A stretch of DNA of 64,000 nucleotides from Eledone cirrhosa (Eukaryota): the NCBI GenBank assembly GCA_964016885.1, contig OZ024741.1:360654001-360718000 (forward strand). Direction: 5' to 3'. Shown here in pieces: positions 41,064-55,148 of the stretch. A program made the translations under genes and the position numbers. A model generated the notes under the pieces. The model was not told the DNA's origin. It did not search any database and worked only from the letters and a program-made list of their open reading frames with translations. Numbering within the stretch: position 1 is the stretch's first letter; each line of letters begins with the position of its first letter.

Positions 41064-42439
41064 AGTTGTGTCAATGTGTAACAAGTTTGAACTTTTTTTA
41101 TTATCAATACAATCCAACTGATGCATTTTTCTATAGTTTCTGTTTACCCGAAGCTCTAATGAAAGACAAAATGACATGTACTAGATTTGAACCCATTGTG
41201 AAGTAAACTTCTTAACCATTCAGACATATCTGTGCCCATGTTGAAATACATACACTGTGGGTTAACAGAGCAGGTGTATGTTTTTGAGGGTTATCATCAT
41301 CATCGTTTTGCATTCCTTTTTTTTCCATCCTGGCATGGGTTGGGCAAGATTTGTGAGGAAGTTTTTCTAGAATGGGATGCCTTTTCTGATACCAAATCAT
41401 AAATCTATGATTCACTGATTAATGGTGAAATATATTTCTTCAATGGAATATATACAAAGGAGATTAATCATTATTGCAAGGTATTCTATATTCAAGGTTC
41501 TTGTTAATTCTTAATGTTACCTCTGTAACTATGTGTTTACACTCTTTACAAATTATCCCCTGTAATTGTTTGATTGGTTTATTTTATATATATATGTCAT
41601 TCAACTTTTAATTAAATGTTAATAAATGCTCAGATTTATTACTTGGAATCTTTGAGCTTATTCCACAGGTGGTATGATGCATGCTTCTGATATTCTCAGA
41701 CATGGATCTTTAATCTAATTTTGGTAGTAATTTTGATAGTATATTTACACATATACATATATGTGCAAGTGTGTACACATTGATGAGTTTTTTTTTTTGT
41801 ATGATAGTCAGTCTGTGTATGTGAATGATGTTTCGTAAAGATCCTGATTCGTTGTGGCAGTTGTGGTCAAAGATGAGCTATTTCAGGAAGTGACCAGATG
41901 AGGAAGTGGTCAGAGGAGAGGCTGTGTGTGGCACGCAAAGAACAGAAGTAGTATTGGATGAAGGTGTGGTGTGGTGTGGTGGCAAAGGGGAGAAATGGAA
42001 TGAGAACTGTGGTGGCAGTGTATGTGTGTTTGTATCGGTAGTAAAGGAGTGTAGTGTGAATGTTTGAGTTGGCTGTGTTGTATGATTAGTTAGTTAATTA
42101 GTAGCATGAGGAACAATAAAATGTGCGTATTTGTCTACGATCATATTGGTGTGTCCAAGTACATGTGTGGATTGGTGTGTTAGTGCATCTGTGTTAGAGT
42201 GGTCTGTTAGTATAATTGATTAGTTAATTAGTAATGTTAGTAGGATTAAATGTGTATCATGGTCATGTTGGTGTAACAAATTAATTAGTTGTGTTGGTGT
42301 GTGAGTTTTTTTTGTATTTATGTGTGTTAGTGTGTCTCGGTGCACATGTGATTGGGTATGTTGGTGAAGTAGTAGTGCACATGTGTTGGTGTGAGAGTTA
42401 GTGGGAGGTGGGTGATGGGAAAGACTAGAGAAAGGGGGT

Positions 42440-42930
42440 GATGAGTTAAGGCAATTTTTGCTCCAGATCTGGAAAGAAAAAATAATCCACTGCTCTCTAT
42501 GCAAGCTTGAATACAGGGGTCTGGAGCGAGCAATTAGGCTGAAAATAGTGAAGTGGTAGGTGGAGTATCTGGCAGAGTGGAAATGTTGAGCAACAAAAGA
42601 CTGGTTACTGAGCTAGATGTCCTAGAGATGCTCACCAATCCTGCCTGCTAATCAATGAGCGGTTTGTCCAATATAGTATACAATGGTGTATCTCCTGCAA
42701 CGAAGTCCATAGACAAGACTCGAAGAGGTACAGCAGAAGGAGTCCCAAACATGGAAGGATTGCCTGTTAGGCCCACTGACAGTGGTGGGATTGTGATCAT
42801 ATTAGTGATGAAGTTGTATGCGCGGCAGCAGAGTTAAGAGCAAGAGTGAGATCTGGGGAAAGAGTTGGGGGTGGAAGGGAGCTGCAGACGAAGAGATTTC
42901 AGAGGTTGCATGTAGGAGGGGAAGTGTGGA
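42440..42930 (-). mobile_element. Degenerate Penelope-like GIY-YIG (Neptune-like, inferred)
   Basis: FCCTSSSLVYGLRC..YYIGQT..RIGEHL..VAQHFH..REQWII, with stops. Confidence 0.7.
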
Positions 42931-42943
42931 ATATATATATATA

Positions 42944-43229
42944 TCTAAAAAGTCTAAAGTCTGTCTTAAGCCAGAAAGCTCATTTGGCCGGTGTTTATCC
43001 CGGTTTCATGGCGTGAAGCGACTGAGAGTACAAGACTCCTGCCTGGACAGGACACCAGTCCATCGCAGGGTTAAAACCCCAGCTATTGCTGGCACTCATT
43101 TTCAGCTGAGTATACTGGAACACCGTAAAATGAAGTGTTTTTCACAAGAACACAACATGCAACCCAGGAAACGACCCACGACAGTATGATTGTAAGTCCA
43201 ACACCCTTACCATTAGGCCACATGCCTCC
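42944..43229 (-). mobile_element. SINE family 3, second copy
   Basis: Aligns to 40203-40497. Confidence 0.8.
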
Positions 43230-43595
43230 ACACACATATATATATAGTACAGGCTATAGTAGAAAATACTTGCACAAAGTGCCATGCAGTTGGATGAAGC
43301 TTGAAAACATGATTGTGAAGTGAACTCCTTAACCACACAACCACATTTATGCCTATATTCATGCCTTTGTTTTAGTTTAGACTGAAATGAAAAAAAAAGA
43401 TGTGTACTGTAGTTTTGTTGGCACAGGAATGGCTGCATGGTTAAGGGGTTCATTTCACAGCCACATAATTTTGTGCTCAGCCTCAGTGTGACACTTTGTG
43501 CAAATGTCTTCCACTATAGCCTTGGGTTGACCAATGCCTTGAAATAGAAATTTGGTAGATGTAAACTATGTGGAAGCTTGTCATATATATATATA

Positions 43596-43902
43596 TCATC
43601 ATCATCATCATTTCATTTTACGTCCACTTTTCCCTGCTTGCAAGGGTGGGACGGGAACCGATTCTGGCTTGATTTCTACAGCTGGATGCCCTTCCTAACA
43701 CCAACCTCATTTACAGTGAGTGGTGGGTGCTTTTTTGCCGTGGCACCTCCACGACCACTTTGCAGTGGAAATGATATGGACCCCAGTCCCTATCATCTCA
43801 TTTCTACAGCTGAATAAACTGGAGCAATGTGAAATAAAGTGTCTTGCTCAACGAAACAACACATCACCCGGTCTGAGAATTGAACTCACAACCTTTCGAT
43901 TG

Positions 43903-43905
<3 letters not shown>
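43596..43905 (-). mobile_element. SINE family 1, 5'-clipped, in short TA tract
   Basis: Aligns to 18461-18802. Confidence 0.85.
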
Positions 43906-43936
<31 letters not shown>

Positions 43937-43948
43937 AAATGGAAACTA

Positions 43949-43985
<37 letters not shown>

Positions 43986-44216
43986 GTGTGTGTAGCAAAA
44001 TATTGGCAGATGTGAGAAAAGGAAAACAGAACTTAATCAGGTATGAGAACTGATATATTATATTATTTGTTTATGTTCATACATGGAACAAAGGTGCCTG
44101 ATGACTAGATCACAAATTTTCTTGCTCATACAATCTGGTAAGATGGTAAAAATTGGGCCTTGAAACCCTTGGTAGCGTTTTTGTTCTGCGGAAGAACATA
44201 AATAATATATAGATAT

Positions 44217-44530
44217 ATCATCATCATCATCGTTTAACGTCTATCTTCCACGCTAGCATGGGTATAGACGGGAATTGTCCCACTTGAGGCAAGATTGGTT
44301 GTCTTGCTCGTATAGGAGTCTGGCAGGTTTTTACGGCTGGATGCCCTTCCTAACACCAACCACATTTACAGTGTGGACTGGGAGGTTTTTACCGTGTTAC
44401 CTACACGACCACATTACTGTGTGGACTGTGTGTTTTTTGTCATGACACCTACACGACCTCATTTATTTAGGACTGGATGTTGTGGTACCAACATAACTTT
44501 ACAGAGAAAGGGGTGGTGTAGATGGGGGTG
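44217..44530 (-). mobile_element. RTE family A-type 3' UTR fragment
   Basis: Aligns to 60921-61250 and 8888-9220. Confidence 0.8.
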
Positions 44531-44562
44531 TAAGGAATTTGTAGTTTACTTGAAGCATTGTA

Positions 44563-47388
44563 TCTATACTATAAAGCTGACAGCCGTATGTAGGTAACAA
44601 ACTTTCCGCCAAACGGCTGGACCAAACAGTACCAAATTTGCACCATAGATATAACTTTTTCCAAGTAAAATAGTGAGGGTATTTTCGTCTACTGAATTTT
44701 GTTAAAAGATTAAAGACATTATTTAAATATTCACTTCTTTAAAATTTTCAAATGTCAACACTTCCGGTTATACGACATTCCTAACGTCTTCATGAACCAA
44801 AGTATCATTTTCTTGTTTTCTTTCGGTTGCAACGTTTTTCGAAATATTTACTTCTGCGTCCATAGATTGATATTTTTAGTTTCAGAAGATCCCGTTAAGG
44901 GTGCTTAAACTTTAATCTGTTATTTTAATATATATATATAATTATATATTCGTGTACAGATATTTTTGCATACACAAAAACAAAATATAAACAAACGTAT
45001 TTATTTCACGAAAGCACAGACGGCTTATCACCATTGTTACTGCCGATATGCCACCCAAAAAGTCCTAGCCTGGCTGCAAGATCAGATTTGCCAGAAGAAA
45101 AAAATGTTACTAGAGCAACATAGAGCTTCACGATTACCATCAATAAAGCTCAGGGTCAAACCCTAAAAGTGGCTAGCCTTCATCTGGGAAAACCATGGTC
45201 AATTGTATGTAGGATGCGCTAGGGTGAGCTCGCCAAACAATCTCTTCATCTTTGCTCCCGAGGGCCGAACAAGTAATATTGTATACTCTGAGGCTCCAAC
45301 AATGTAATTTATGTATTTTCTGTTACTTGGAATTTCCATTATGGTTGTACAAATTATTGTAAAGTTTGTTAAAAAAAAGTGTTCTCTGTTCAACCTTTAT
45401 TGTTGTAACTATCAATTTTCTTTAACGGATCAGGTTATGAAAGTGGCAGAAAGGATATTAGCACAACTAATTAGAGAAAGGGTCAAACTAGATGAGATGC
45501 AGTTTGGTTTTGTGCCTGGGAAGAGTACAACAGATGCCCTCTTCTTGGTGAGACAATTGCAAGAGAGGTTCTTAGAGAAAAATAAGCCACTATACTTAGC
45601 CTTTGTTGACCTAAAGAAGGCCTTTGATAGGGTACCACGATCTGTCATCTGGTGGTTCCTAAGGAAGCTAGGTGTTGAGGAATGGCTTGTGAGGACAGTG
45701 CAAACTTTGTACAGAGGTACTCTCAGTAAAGTCAGGGTAGGAATGGAGTTTAGTGAGGAATTCCAGATACAAGTAGGAGTACATCAAGGTTCGGTCCTCA
45801 GCCCGCTCTTGTTCATTATAGTCTTCAAAGCCATAACAGAGGAGTTTAAGACTGGCTGTCCATGGGAACTTCTCTATGCTGACGATCTGGTTCTTATAGC
45901 AGAATCAGTAGAGGAGCTAGAGAATAAATTCTGGCTATGGAAACAGCAGTTGGAAGCAAGAGGACTGAGAGTGAACCTAGCTAAGACAAAAGTGTTGATG
46001 AGTAGAAAAGAGGACAAAACTCTGATTCCGTCAGGGAAATGGCCATGTTCGATATGCAGAAAAGGAACTGGCATAAATTCTATAAAATGTACACAAGAGA
46101 TGTAGTGGGATAGCAGGCGAACTAGCAGGTAGGGAGAAATACGTAAGCAGTAGATGTACAGGGAAATTAGACAGTAGAAGTCGCATTGATAGACACATTT
46201 TTCAAATGCAGGAGGGCGCTATAGAAGTGGTGGATAGCTTCCGGTACCTAGGAGATCAGATTAGCATGGGAGGAGGGTGTTCCGAGGCCATAGTATCTAG
46301 AATAAGGATGGGTTGGAAGAAGTTTAGGGAGCTGCTTCCTCTGCTGACGAAGAAGGGTTTCTCCCTGCGTACGAAAGGCCGGTTGTATGATGCCTGTGTG
46401 AGGAGCGTGATGCTGCATGGTAGTGAGACATGGGCAGCAACTGCAGAGGATATGCGACAGCTGGAGAGAAATGAGGCAAGCATGCTCCATTGGATGTGCA
46501 GTGTAAATGTGCGTGAACTACCCAGCATAAATGTGTTGAGAGAGAAACTGTGTCTGAGAGGGATAGAATGTAGTGTATGGGAGAGGAGACTGAGGTGGTA
46601 TGGACATGTGATGCGCATGGAGGATGACCGATGGGTGAAGAAGTGCCAGGAAATGCCAGTTGAAGGAAGACGTGGTAGAGGTAGACCACAAAAAACATGG
46701 GCGGAGGTGGTGAGAACAGACCTCAGATCATTGAAGCTCACGGTGGAGATGACGAAGGACCGTGACGAGTGGAGAGATGCTGTGCTGAATAAGACCCGTC
46801 CCACCCTTGCAAGCAGGAAAAAGCGGACGTAAAATGATGATGATGATGTACAGGCTGCTGAACTGGGGAATCCTAGAAACTATTCAAACCCAACATCAGA
46901 GCACGCGTATCACACGAAAAAACGAAAAGTGACAACCAAAAAGTATGTATAGGATTGGGATAAGAGTATATCCAGGAAAGTTTATTGATACTAATTTTAT
47001 AACACCAAAGAAGAAGAAAGACATACCATGTATGCTAACCAACCTGACTGCAAATTTCTAGCAGGTTGGGAATCAACCATAAGGGATTCTCTCTGCGAGT
47101 TCGTTGTCAGTGATGATCGTGTTTCGTGACCTATGTCTCCGATTCCAACGGTGGATTACACACACACACACACATGAACACTCACACAGGCACACACACA
47201 CGAACACTCACACACAAACACTCACACACACATATATATATATATACACAAACACACACAAAAATACACACACACACACAATACACACACACTGTAAACA
47301 AGACAATGCATTCAATACAGACGTTTTCTCTTCTGCCGGTCTTCTCTTATTATTTCTTACCCTTGGTGAAGCTGGGTACCTCAGCTAG
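44563..47388 (+). mobile_element. Deleted Helitron with helicase remnant, interrupted by an RTE and a PLE tail
   Basis: A|TCTATACTATAAAG start; SFTITINKAQGQTLKV/HGQLYVGCARV..TSNIVYSEA at 45124-45306; hairpin + CTAG|T end. Confidence 0.7.
45427..46848 (+). mobile_element. RTE LINE family C, 5'-truncated
   Basis: RT motifs; ends KTRPTLASRKKRT* directly followed by (ATG)n. Confidence 0.95.
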
Positions 47389-47393
47389 TATGG

Positions 47394-47821
47394 TATAAAG
47401 AATTCAAAGTTTGAAAGCCATAACAATGCAGGTTTTGATGGAGAATAATTAAATCGTAAGAAACAGGGTTTGTTTTTTTACCTTCATATGTCCTAATATT
47501 TCGAGATTAATATCTCTATATACCATGCTGACCAGAAGTGGTTTTATTTCTCTTTTGTTTTAAAATTAAGGTCCAGACCTTAAGAGGTTAGATAAAAAAA
47601 TAAAAATAATAATAAAACCACTTCTGGCCAGCATGGTATAGCAAGCCACATCGGACACTGGAATAGTTCCTTTATTTTCCTCAGAAGAAGAGATATAATT
47701 CATGAAATATCAGGACATATAAATAAATTAAGGTAAAAAAAACAACCCCCGTTTCTTATGATTTAATTATTCTCCGTCCAAACCCGCATTGTCGTGGCTT
47801 TCGAACTTTGCATTCTTTATA
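47394..47821. mobile_element. Foldback/inverted-repeat element (~430 bp)
   Basis: TATAAAGAATTCAAAGTTTGAAAGCC / GGCTTTCGAACTTTGCATTCTTTATA; inner IR TATACCATGCTG..GAAGTGGTTTTATT. Confidence 0.7.
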
Positions 47822-48741
47822 TATACAAGTGAGAGACGGTCATCCGACCAATTTTGCCTCAAGTGGGACAATCCCATCTAACCCATGCTAGCATGGAAGA
47901 TAGACATTAAACGATGATGATGATATAGATAGATATATATACATATTTAAGCGTGTGTATCCAGTTTAGAATAGACACACCATACCTTGTATATCGTACA
48001 AGGCATCTAAAAGAGTTTGGTGTCAGGAAGGGCGTCTGGTTGTAAAACATTGACTCAAAAAGTCCCATCCAACATGGAAAAATCAATATAAAAATGATGA
48101 TGATGATGTTAAATGCAGTTGTGTCAAGGACATGATAACCTCCCTAGTGTTGGTGACCTACAAGATAAATCGTGTTAGGAAAGGAATCCAGCCATAGAAA
48201 GCTTGCCAAACAATGAGTTGCGTCAAGGACATGACAAGTACCTACTGCTGGTGGTCTACACAATAAAAGCACCCAGTAGATCCGTCCAAACCTTGCAAGC
48301 AGGGAAAGCAGATGTTAAACGATGGTGATGATGTGTTTCCATATCTATGTTTATGTTTATTGTTTGTTTATGTACCATAACTTAGCAGTTTGACAAAAAG
48401 AGATTGATAAAATATGTGCAAGACTTAATAAAAAAAAGGTACTGGGGTCAATATTACTAACTAAATCCCATCATAGCAGTGCCCCAGCATGGCCACAGTA
48501 TAATGACTGCAACCTGCAAAAGACATTTGTTTTCATTTTTAAAACATTATGCAAATGGAAATATAAAATGAAAATTGAATGAATAAAATTGAAAATTGAA
48601 AGTATTTAAAAATATAGAATTTAATTTAAAAAATAAGGAATAAAGAGAAAGGGGAATAGAAAAAAATCCCAATAATTTCTGGGAGCCTGATAGAAAGTTA
48701 TGCTTTTCAGTAGCCAGTTTCTTCTACCATCTCTCTCTCAT

Positions 48742-48801
<60 letters not shown>

Positions 48802-51800
48802 ATGCTTTCTCTATTTCTCTCTCTCTCTCTTTCTTTTTCCCTATCCCATTCTATCTATCTATCTTTTCCTATCTAGTTCTCCCTTACACTCACATGCACA
48901 CACACACATCTTTCTAACGGACATTTCCTAATGTTAGCAACAGCGAGTAGTTGAAGCCATAGAATTAATATTTTGCATGATATAATGAAATTTGTAAAGG
49001 GAATTCATCTGATAAATGGAAAAACAACAAAATAAAAAACACAGCCAAAAAGTAGATTTCTTGAATGAGACAAAGAATTATTTTATTGTAGTTACATTAT
49101 GGCTAATGTAAAAGAGTTTGTACTAAAGTACACCACCACAACCACCCCCGTCACTACTATAACCACAACAACAACCACTGCCACCAACACACTATAACAT
49201 GATAACTAATGTAAAAGAATTTGTACTAAAGCACACTACCATCACAACCACAACCACCACCACTACAATTATCACTACCAGAACCACCACTGCCCAAGCC
49301 TGTGCTTTGATAAAATTCCAGAGGGCCAGGTTAAACTGGGAACTGGAATAAATTTATCTCCCAAGAATATGAATGACCTCTCTATAGGCTTATGTAACAA
49401 GCTTGATAAAGTCTGTCTTCCCCATTTGGTGGCTGATGCAGTTCATGGTTGGTTTACAAAATTAGTAATGCAGATCGGGGGGTTGGTTTAGCAGGGGTTA
49501 TGGGTGCAGGTTTACAGTGTTTTCTTTACAGGTCAAGGCAATCTGCAAGCTTTGTTTACAGGTTAAGACAATCATTGGTCTTGTTGACACAATTTCTGTC
49601 TACCAAATTTGACAAAGCTTTGGTTGACCTGGGAAATGCTGCACAATAGGATTGAACCTGAAGCTCTGCATTTTCAATGGGAATGTCTTAACCACAGTGG
49701 TTAAACATTACAGGAATGGTAGACCATTTACAACATCCATTGAAGTAAAAGTTACTGCTTAATAAAAAGCCAATGAGGATAATGGTAAAGTGTGACTTGA
49801 CTGCTATTTGAAGCAGATCTCTATGTAATCACTCAATATGATTGAAATAGCAACAAAATCTCCCTCAAATCCACCCTATTATCTTAAATAAAACAAAAAG
49901 AACACATTAAACAATATAGTGCATGATATACAAAATAAATGGAATGGTAACAGCCAGAAGACCTTTTATCATAGGTCATCTCTATCAAGTTGACCTGGGG
50001 CTAAACAGCAGCAACAATAATAATGTTTTCTACTTTTTTGGCACAAGGCCAGCAATTACCCCAGTGCATTACTGGTGCTTTATTTTATCAAACCCGTAAG
50101 GATGAAGGGCAAATTAACCTTGACGGGATTTGAACTCAGAACGTAAAGGACCATAAATCTATGCTGCAAAGCATGGTGTCTGACACTCTAACGATACTGC
50201 CAAACCACCGCAGCAACAATAATAATAACAATATTACAATTAAGGATCCCTCAAATAACTATTTGTACTATGGCTGTTTTTAGCAATTCTAACTAATTGC
50301 AAAGTGATCTTAGTAGCTGGTCACCTTAATGTAATGGTCTATCTGGTTGTCCAGTATACAACAGATATGTGGTTTGATTATCATAAGCAGTTCTGTCACA
50401 GTCACCTTTTTGGCTAACCCATGTCTGCATGGAAAATGGATGTAAAATGACAATGACGACATGATAATGATAAAGAGGATAGTTTTCCTCTTTTTTTTCT
50501 TTTTCTATCCACCTTACTTGTATCAACATATCTATATTATTCCACCCACCCCACCCAACAAAACAGAAAGCAAAAATACAAAACATACTGACACCAAAAC
50601 TAGTTGTAATTTCAGACTGTAAAAAGCTAAACAGAATCCTATGTTGGATGGTTTTGTAATTCCCATATTTTTGTATTAATAAGTAAGCACAGGTATTTTT
50701 TTACAGCTGAAAGTTCTTCCACACAACCATGTTACTACATGAGTGCTACCTATTTTCAGCAAGACTGGCAGGAAGCAGCTGAAGTAGAAGAACATATTTC
50801 ATCTGAGGATCATGAGAGCAGTGTTGATTTTTGAATTTGTGCTCTTTTGGGATCATTAATCCAGTATCAGTGAGCACCTCACCATGATACATCTCAAGAC
50901 TTTAAACTATATGATCAGATGAAGGTGTCAATAAGTGCTGATGACTTTTATAGATTGATGAGAATAAGAAGAAGTCATGTTTAGCTTCCAATGAACAACA
51001 ACAATAACAACAACTATAACAACAGCAGTAACAACAATGAGAGCATGTGGTAAGTGTGTTATATAAGCAGTGCAGTTATTAAACAGACAGCAAAGTGTAT
51101 TAGCATTGTTGTCAGTGTGCCAACATGTGTATCATTCAGTCAATTTATCTGTTTCAAATACACAAAAACAGCAGGTGTGTAACTAAAGCCTGTTTGAAAT
51201 GGATCATTAGGTACTGATGATAAAACATTTGGTCAACTAACTGACTTAATAAATGTTAGCAGTGGCATGATTACATACTTATGTATGTTTAGCAAACACC
51301 AATCATTACCCCCACCACCACCAACACCACCAACACCAATCATCATCAACACTGCTATCATAATCATCTTGCACCTTCTCATCAAAATCAGGATCATCAA
51401 CATCATCATCATCATTTTATGACCATTTTTTTCTACACTATGTGGCCAATACGATTAAATACCTTGGTATTTGTTACTACTCTCTGCACTCTAAGTTCAA
51501 ATCCTGCCAAAGTCAACTTTACCTTTCATTCTTTCGAGGTCAATAAATAAGATACCAGTTCAGAACAGTGGATTGATGGAATTGTCAAAGCACCAGATAG
51601 GATAATTTATTCTATTGGTTCTGGCTCTGTACATTCTAAGTTCAAATCCTGCCACCTGTCACAGGAAAAGTGGAGAAACTTCTGTCATGAGCTGTGACTA
51701 GCAGATAGTATCAGCAATAGAAAAAAACCAATGGAAGCATTGTTTCCTTGGTTCTATCTGATGATTGGTTTCATTCCATTTTCTTTTTTTTCCATATTAG

Positions 51801-51821
51801 CATAAGTTGAATTAATCACTT

Positions 51822-51892
51822 TTGAAATACTTGGTACACTTCCTTGTGCAAACCCTTGAAACACTGGGTACACTTCCTTGTGCAAACCCTTG
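51822..51892. repeat. 34-bp tandem duplication
   Basis: TTGAAAYACTKGGTACACTTCCTTGTGCAAACCC x2. Confidence 0.85.
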
Positions 51893-52229
51893 TTTGATTT
51901 GTAAGTCAGGCATATCAAACCACAAAGCCATGAGACTTCTACTTATGCAAAACATAAAGAAATGTCACCCTTAATGGTGTCATTTGCAAAACAAAAACAC
52001 TGAGACAAAGACACACAAACAGATACATACATATATACATACACATACATACATATACATACATACACATAGTTTCCATCTACCAATTTCACTTACAAGA
52101 CATTGGTTGGTGCAAAGCTATATTAGAAGACACTATACCAAGGTGCCATGTAGTAGGATAGAACTCTAAACCACATGGTTACAAAGTGAACATCTTAACT
52201 GTACAGCCATGTCTACACTTTTAACCACT

Positions 52230-53350
52230 TCTGATATTATTCCTGTTTTATTTTCAATCTTTTTTTTTGTATCTTTGATTTCTATGTTAATGTAGGTTTT
52301 GTTATTCTTGTTTGTGTAGATCTAAGGGGCCACATACTTTCTTGTTTTGTTTGTATTTATTAAGTCTATGATAACGAGGTTAGTTTGCTTCTTTTTTTTT
52401 ATAATTGTTGCTATTTCACCATTGATTTTATCTTTGGGGGTTGTATTCTTTCAACCATAGGAGATCTATTGTTTAGAATTATTGGATTATTTTCCATCTT
52501 TATTCATTTGTGGTCCTGAATTCCATCTTCATGGTTTCTTTTATTTATATATTCCTCCTCATATTTCTTTTCATTTGTATTTTTGGCTGTGCTGACCTGA
52601 ATCTACTTTTGTTGGTCAATACTCTGTATATCTTTTAGGATTTGGGTTTGTTTCATTTCGTTGTTTACTTTATTTGTTTTGGATATGTTGCTTCTATCTT
52701 CATGGTTTAAATTTTCAATATATTTATGTTTGTTTGTTGCTTTGTGTTTGTTATATGTGTTTTCATAGTGAATTCATTCTTTTAGATGTTTTATCTTAAT
52801 TTCTGATATTTTTTGTTCTTGCATTTAAACCTGTAATATCCGGCCAGAATTCTCTCACCTTTTTCTGTTCAAACCGGCGTGACTGGCCTCTCATACTTAT
52901 GTTAAGGTATTGTTCTCAAAATAGATAGCATCAAAATCTCATAGATTCAATATAATATGAGTTAATTATGTGTCATAAAGCCTTTTACTGTGAAAATATA
53001 ATAGTAAATATAGAGTATCATTTTCATCATTTCATTTGATTAGAGTAATGGGTTAATATATATCTTCTTAGACTTGCTAATATGTTGGAGTGAAGATTTA
53101 AATCAGAGTGTGGGTTATTTTTCTCCCAGATTTTATACGTGTATAATATTGTATTTTCACATATAGGGTACAATGTTGCCATGAAATATGCATATAGATA
53201 GAATATACACATATTCCTCTTGTGCCCATGTATGTCTTTTTGATTTCATTTGTGGCACTTGAGGGATAAAGTCTAGCTTTTCATTTAGAAAGTCATCCTT
53301 TTTTGTCGGATATAGGGGTTTTTTTTTCGGTTTTTTTCTGTTTATACACA
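52230..53350 (-). mobile_element. Decayed N-terminal part of an R4/Dong-like non-LTR element
   Basis: KRHTWAQEEY..AYFMA..TYKIWEKNNP..SNILASLRRYIL resembles the R4-clade N-terminal region; MITE inserted at ~52821. Confidence 0.5.
52821..53017. mobile_element. piggyBac-type MITE, ends eroded
   Basis: Aligns to 700-927. Confidence 0.75.
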
Positions 53351-53752
53351 TCTATTAGGAATAAATATCTAGATGTTATAATAGAAAACAGAATTTCAGT
53401 GAGCTGAAATTTTTGTTAGCTATATGTTTTAAGATGGTGATCTATTATTTGGAGCCTAACATCTGTAAAAGTAAAGTAGCAGCTGATGATGGTGCTAGTA
53501 AAGCTACTGGGTCTGGCTTCTTCTAATTTTGGATTAATTTGAGAATCCTGGCAGAGGTTTGGTAAAAAGAACAAAAACAAAATTTCTATTTTGATATTGT
53601 TCCTATTGTTAGAGCTGCATCAATTGTTTATCACAGCTAATATAAGAACAAGATAAATGGAGGAAGCTATAAGTATCTAGATGAAAGAGATCTGGTGATG
53701 CATGGAAAATGAAACTGGTAATTTGACCAGCCAGTATTTATTTTGCAATTTT

Positions 53753-53981
53753 TTAACCCTTTAGCATTTACATTACTCTATATATACTATTGTATTTTCA
53801 TGGTAAAGGTTTTACTTCACATAATTATCCCACATAATATTGAAGCTATGAAATGTTGATGTTATTTATTTTGAGAACAATACCTTAACATTAGTATGAG
53901 TGGCCGGTTATAACCGGTTTGAACAGAAAGGGGTGAGAGAATTCTGGACAGATACAGCCAGTTTAAATGCTTAAGGGTTAA
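53753..53981. mobile_element. piggyBac-type MITE with TTAA target-site duplication (TSD)
   Basis: TTAA-CCCTTTAGCATTTA...TAAATGCTTAAGGG-TTAA. Confidence 0.85.
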
Positions 53982-54929
53982 TAATGATTTTTGCTCAATT
54001 TGAAAGCAAATTAAGGGTGGTCAAGTATATAAAGTAGCATTGACGTTGTGGAGGATATTCATGTTTAAGGTGTTTGGCTTACAATCGTATAGTTGTGAGT
54101 TCTATTCTTGGTAGTGTGTTGTTTACTTGAGCAAGACACTTTATTCATGAAGCTCCAGTCCACTCAGTTGGCACAAATGACTTGTACATATAATTCAAAG
54201 GACCTGTCCTGTCATATACTGTGTTATGCTGAATTTCCTTGAAAAGTACATTAAAAGTACACATCTCTGTGAACAGCTGAGCTACTTGCATGTTAATTTC
54301 ACACACATACATGGTTCAACAAGGTTCAACACACACATACATGTAGAGGTTAGTGTATAGTGCCAAATTTACATATGGACACAGGGGATTGCAGTCCAGT
54401 GCCTCATAGTTCATGAGACCTCTTCCTATTGGAAATCTGTATTATAAAAGCCAAGCTGATCTCTGTCTGTTTGTCTGTCTGTCCGTCACAACATATATGT
54501 AGGAGAGAAGAAGAGGAGGAGAAAAATTTGTTGTCATTGTTGAGAGAGAAATACAATGTTGAAGTCAATTTGGGGTGGAATAAGAGCAGGAGGGTTGGAA
54601 AAAATCTAAAAAAATTAATAAGTGGAGGAGACCATTATTGAAGACCTGAGAGTATATGTATACATATATAATACATATAGTTATTTTTCTGGTTGTCTGT
54701 GTGTGTATTTTACCAGTAGCATAGTGGTGGCTTTTTACAACTACATATAAATATAGCTATGAAGCATGACATTTTTGTCAACATTTAAGATATAATTGTT
54801 ATTAAATACATTTCTTTTCTTTGAGTGTCACCTCTGTTTTAGAGGTCAGTATGGATCAATGCTGGAATCTCAATATCATTCTATGTGTAGGCCTACATTA
54901 ATGTACTTTTAATTTTTATTATGTTTCTT

Positions 54930-55148
54930 TTAACCCTTTAGCATTTACATTACTCTCTATATACTATTATATTTTTGTGGTAAAGGCTTTATCTTACATA
55001 ATTATTTCACGTAATATCAAATCGACAAGATTTTGATGTTATTTATTTTGAGAAAAATACCTTAATGTAGGTATGAGTGGCCAGTTACAGCTGGTTTGAA
55101 CAGTAAGAGGTGAGATAGTTCTGGCTGGTTTAAATGCTAAAGGGTTAA
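54930..55148. mobile_element. piggyBac-type MITE with TTAA TSD
   Basis: TTAA-CCCTTTAGCATTTA...TAAATGCTAAAGGG-TTAA. Confidence 0.88.

Noticed and set aside
41865-41915. Possible hammerhead downstream of the Neptune-like fragment
   Set aside because: The core reads CTGACCA and the stems are not convincing.
54436-54490. Helitron-like 5' end (TCTGTATTATAAAAG..GTCTGT repeats)
   Set aside because: No matching 3' hairpin-CTAG was found; insufficient support.
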